This document shows positions 60,704 to 64,000 of a stretch of DNA of 64,000 nucleotides, piece after piece. Positions within the stretch are counted from its first letter, which is position 1, and every line of letters starts with the position of its first letter. A model generated the notes under the pieces. It did no database searches, had not been told where the DNA came from, and saw only the letters and a program-made list of their open reading frames with translations. The stretch spans positions 3,904,001-3,968,000 of the forward strand of contig OZ241875.1 of NCBI GenBank assembly GCA_965203325.1. Reading direction: 5' to 3'. This DNA is from a bacterium (GTDB lineage Bacteria; UBA8248). The translations under genes were made by a program, and so were the position numbers.

Positions 60704-60733
60704 TTGACCATGCAGGGGGGGAGCATGTAGGCT
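60704..60733 (+). promoter_or_regulatory. Possible sigma70 promoter for the glycosyltransferase
   Basis: TTGACC-18 nt-TAGGCT. Confidence 0.35.
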
Positions 60734-60797
60734 TTGGCGCGATACCCTCTTGAGTGAATAGTGAATGACGCGCCCGACCCTCGGATGGAGACCTGCG

Positions 60798-61503
60798 GTG
60801 AGCGATGACGGCCAGATGACGGATTTACTGAGCGTGGTGATGCCGTGCTACAACGAACGCGACACGATTCGCGAAATCGTAGCCCGCGTCCAGTCCGTGC
60901 CGATGAACATCGAACTCATCATCGTGGACGACGGCAGCACGGACGGCACCAGGGATATCCTGGCCGAGATCGAACAAAACGGCGCGCGCGTCATCTACCG
61001 CGAGAAAGAACGAGGGGAAAGGAGCCGCCCTGTGCGATGGGTTTGCGTCGGCGAACGGGGACGTGATCGTCGTGCAGGATGCGGACCTCGAATACGACCC
61101 CGCCGAATACACCGATCTCTATGACCCGATACGTCGGGGGGCGGCCGACGTGGTCTACGGCACGCGCTTCGGCGGAAAACCCCAGCGCGTGCACATGTTC
61201 TGGCACAAGGTGGGAAACCGGATGCTGACCACGCTGGCGAATCTGCTTTTCAACTGCACGCTCACCGACATGGAAACCTGCTACAAGATGTTCCGCCGCG
61301 AGGTGGTGAAGGACATGAAAATCCGCGCCAAGGGGTTCGATTTCGAGCCGGAATTCACCGCGAAAATCCTGAAACCCGCGAAATGGCGCATCTACGAGGT
61401 GCCGATATCCTACTACGGGCGCACCTACGCGGAGGGCAAGAAGATCACCTGGCGAGACGGCTTCATCGCCGTGTGGACCCTCCTGCGCGAGCGGTTTTCC
61501 TGA
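60798..61503 (+). pseudogene. GT2 glycosyltransferase (DPM1/polyprenol-phosphate type) with one +1 frameshift
   Basis: [18 protein letters not shown], then NEGKGAAL...[16 protein letters not shown] after removing one A at 61005-61007. Confidence 0.78.
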
Positions 61504-61504
61504 A

Positions 61505-62578
61505 TCATCCCCTCACGCGGGCGCACACCGTCTCGGTGATGGCCTTGGAGCCGTCGACGGCGCGCCCCTTGTCGTCGAGGCGGATTTCCCCGGCTTCGAG
61601 TGCTCCCCACACGCTGGTTTCAATCTGCTTCGCGGCCTCGCTCTCCCCGATATGGGCGAGCATGAGGGCGGCGGAGAGGATGAGGCTTAAAGGATTGGCG
61701 ATTCCCTTGCCGGCGATGTCGGGGGCCGAGCCGTGGACCGCCTCGAAAAAGGCGAATTTCTCCCCGATGTTCCCCGAGGGACACATGCCGAGGCCGCCGG
61801 CCGTGGCGCCGCCCAAATCGCTCAGCAGGTCTCCCAGCATGTTCTCCATCACGAGCACGTCGTAGTGTTCGGGGCGGATCACCAGATTGTAGGCGCAGGC
61901 GTCCGAATACAGGGTTTCCGCCTCGATATCGGGGAAATCGGCGGCGACTTCCAGGAAAATCTCGCGGAAAAACGCCAGGGAGCGCAGGACGTTGCCCTTG
62001 TCCACGCAGGTGACGCGCCGCACGCCGTCTTCGGGCGCGCCGTTTCTTTTGCGCGCGAGCTCGAAGGCGAATCTCGCCACGCGTTCCGCCCCTTTCCGGG
62101 TGATGATCAGGGTGTCGGCCACGGCTTCGGGGCCGCCGACCCCCTTGTCGCGCGAGGCGTAGAGCCCTTCCGTGTTCTCGCGGATCACGACGTAGTCGAT
62201 GCCGCCGGGTTCATAGCCCGCCAGGGGACTCCGGATGCCCGGGTAGAGCTTGACGGGCCGCATGTTGGCGAAGACGTCGAGACTGGTTCTGAGCACGCCG
62301 CCCAGAAGCCCTCCCTCGGTGCCCTCCGGCGTGCGGACGGACGGGTCGCCCACGGGCGATTTGAGGATGCCGTCCGCCTCGTGGCAGGCCTGCAGGGTTT
62401 CATCGCTGATGCGCTTGCCGTACTTGGCGTAGCGGCCCGCGCCCGCTTCGTGTTCTTCGAGGTTGAGTTTCAAGGCCCCGTTCACCTCCTGTACGGCTTC
62501 GAGAACCGCGATGGTGGACTCCATGAGTTCGGGGCCGATTCCGTCTCCAGGGATAGTGATGATGCGATATTCCTTCAT
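61505..62578 (-). CDS. Isocitrate/isopropylmalate/tartrate dehydrogenase family
   Basis: IPGDGIGPE, ANMRP, RENTEGLY, VDK.NV, NMLGDLLSD, EAVHGSAPDIAGKGIANP. Confidence 0.92.
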   Translation of the reverse strand: MKEYRIITIPGDGIGPELMESTIAVLEAVQEVNGALKLNLEEHEAGAGRYAKYGKRISDETLQACHEADGILKSPVGDPSVRTPEGTEGGLLGGVLRTSLDVFANMRPVKLYPGIRSPLAGYEPGGIDYVVIRENTEGLYASRDKGVGGPEAVADTLIITRKGAERVARFAFELARKRNGAPEDGVRRVTCVDKGNVLRSLAFFREIFLEVAADFPDIEAETLYSDACAYNLVIRPEHYDVLVMENMLGDLLSDLGGATAGGLGMCPSGNIGEKFAFFEAVHGSAPDIAGKGIANPLSLILSAALMLAHIGESEAAKQIETSVWGALEAGEIRLDDKGRAVDGSKAITETVCARVRG

Positions 62579-62694
62579 TTTCTCTCCTGTGGTGGTCTAT
62601 TTCAGGCGCCCGTCTCTTCATTCGAGCAGGTGAGCGGGTATAATCACCCCTCCAAGGGAGCGGCGTTCTCATCGGCATGGGAGTGTAGCGAAAA

Positions 62695-63462
62695 TTGTTT
62701 CGTTTGGAGAACCCCCATAGCGAATCTTTCCAGAAATTCCTGCGCGGACAGGGGCCGCTCCGGTTGCGCTTCTCAGAAGCCATCGCCGAGGGGGGAGAGT
62801 CCCTCGCCATTTGGGTGGACGATCTCACCGCGCCGCAACTGGCGGTGCACACCGGGCGCGGCTGGCTCGCGCCGCTGGGGCGGCCCGAGGCGATATTGGC
62901 AAATCTGGGAGACTTGGAACGCCTCTCCGCGCAGATGGAAGAGAGTGAGGGCTATCTCAAGTTCTCTTCCGTCACGGTCGAGGTTCAAAAGGCGGTCGAG
63001 AGGCGAAGAAAGCTCATCCGGGGTTCTCCCGTGGGCATGTTCATTCTGGAGAAAAAAGATTTCAGGCCCGTTTTCAGTTCGCACCGCATCGAAAGCCTTG
63101 AAAGCGAGGATGCGAAGACGCTGGCCGAGAATTCACCCTACGACCAGGGGGAGGAATACGCCTTGGCGAGAATCCGAAACGCTCCCACCGCGGCGATACG
63201 CATCGGGGGCGAACTCGCCTCCTACATGGTCGTTCATGCGAACGGCTCAATCGGCATGCTGCACACGATGGATCGCTTCCGCGGCCAGGGGCTCGCGCGC
63301 GTGGTGGTGTCCGCCCTGGTCGAGGCGCAATTCGCCAGGGGGCGCGAGGCGTATTGCTACATCGTGGAGGGAAACGAGGCCTCCGAGCGCGTGTTCGAAG
63401 CTGTGGGGTTCAAAAAGGTGATGGACGTCTACTGGAGCGCTTTCGAAAGGCGTGAGGCCTGA
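62695..63462 (+). CDS. GNAT acetyltransferase (FR47-like C-terminal domain)
   Basis: IGMLHT...FRGQGLA, N.AS..VFE.VGF. Confidence 0.82.
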   Translation: MFRLENPHSESFQKFLRGQGPLRLRFSEAIAEGGESLAIWVDDLTAPQLAVHTGRGWLAPLGRPEAILANLGDLERLSAQMEESEGYLKFSSVTVEVQKAVERRRKLIRGSPVGMFILEKKDFRPVFSSHRIESLESEDAKTLAENSPYDQGEEYALARIRNAPTAAIRIGGELASYMVVHANGSIGMLHTMDRFRGQGLARVVVSALVEAQFARGREAYCYIVEGNEASERVFEAVGFKKVMDVYWSAFERREA

Positions 63463-63578
63463 GCCTGACCCAGCAAGCGCTCGCGGCGCGAGGCGGTTCT
63501 CCTTCACAGAATCGACAAAATTATGGAAATACACTAGTTTTTCTTATTCGCTATTCATCTTTCATAGGAGGTTGATAG

Positions 63579-64000
63579 ATGCAGAAAGAAGACTATATCG
63601 ACAGGCCGCCCGGCCCTCTCGGAGGGTTGTGGAGCATGTGGTACCTGGATCCGTTTCTGATGATCAAGCGCGAGTTGAGCGGATTCAGAAAGGTCCGCCA
63701 CAAGGCGTTCGAGGATCAACTGAAACCAGGTCAGCCCGCGCCTGCGGTCAAGCTCCAGAGCACGTCGGGCGAAACCGTGGACCTGGCTGATTTCCGCGGG
63801 ACGAAGAACATTGTTCTCGAGTTCGGCGCGATCACGTGACCGCCCTTCCGCCGGCAGGTGCCGGGCATGGACGAGTTGCATGAGCGCTACAAGGAGGAGG
63901 ACGTCGAGTTCTTCGTCGTTTATTCCAAGGAACCTCACGCGCAGGAGCGCAAGTACTTCAAAAAATACACCCAGCACACCACCTTCGAGCACAAGATGGG
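63579..64000 (+). CDS. Iodothyronine deiodinase-like thioredoxin-fold selenoprotein (Sec87 at TGA 63837-63839), 3' partial
   Basis: VLEFGAIT-TGA-PPFRRQVPGMDELHERYKEEDVEFFVVYSKEPH; the frame stays open to the window end; matches deiodinase FGSxT-U-PPF and YxxEAH motifs; AGGAGG RBS. Confidence 0.9.
63840..63870 (+). promoter_or_regulatory. Candidate bacterial SECIS element
   Basis: Stem CCGGC/GCCGG (63851-63864) with loop AGGU starting 17 nt after UGA, similar to the E. coli fdhF SECIS apical loop. Confidence 0.75.

Noticed and set aside
59890..61010. Programmed ribosomal frameshifting
   Set aside because: No slippery heptamer or stimulatory structure seen; three +1 events in two unrelated genes fit sequence error better

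Overview
GC-rich bacterial chromosomal segment with about 58 protein-coding genes. I found no rRNA, tRNA, CRISPR array, transposase or integrase. The first ~6.4 kb looks accessory: intergenic mosaics of REP/MITE-like palindromes, a lower-GC HEPN (RxxxxxH) gene and two secreted ankyrin-repeat paralogues. The rest mixes housekeeping genes (queE, hflX, mgtE, leuS, rlpA, mqnD) with many catabolic enzymes (AOR, B12-dependent acyl-CoA mutase large subunit, crotonase, UxaA-like dehydratase pair, glcDEF, PrpB-like lyase, two MmgE/PrpD, cupins, VOC proteins). Main result: two genes that the ORF track cuts at an in-frame TGA, each followed by a SECIS-like hairpin, so both are probable selenoproteins. 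One is a deiodinase-like protein (FGAIT-U-PPF, 63579 to window end). The other is a class I CoA-transferase-fold alpha subunit (25615-26442, EHA-U-ASV) whose Sec appears to sit at the position of the catalytic Glu of IpdA, while its beta partner lacks the canonical catalytic Glu register. Also noted: an acyl-CoA mutase with an unusual active site, a probable ATC start for hflX, and three clustered +1 frameshifts near 59.9-61.0 kb that are probably assembly errors. All calls rest on motif recognition by eye; no searches were run.
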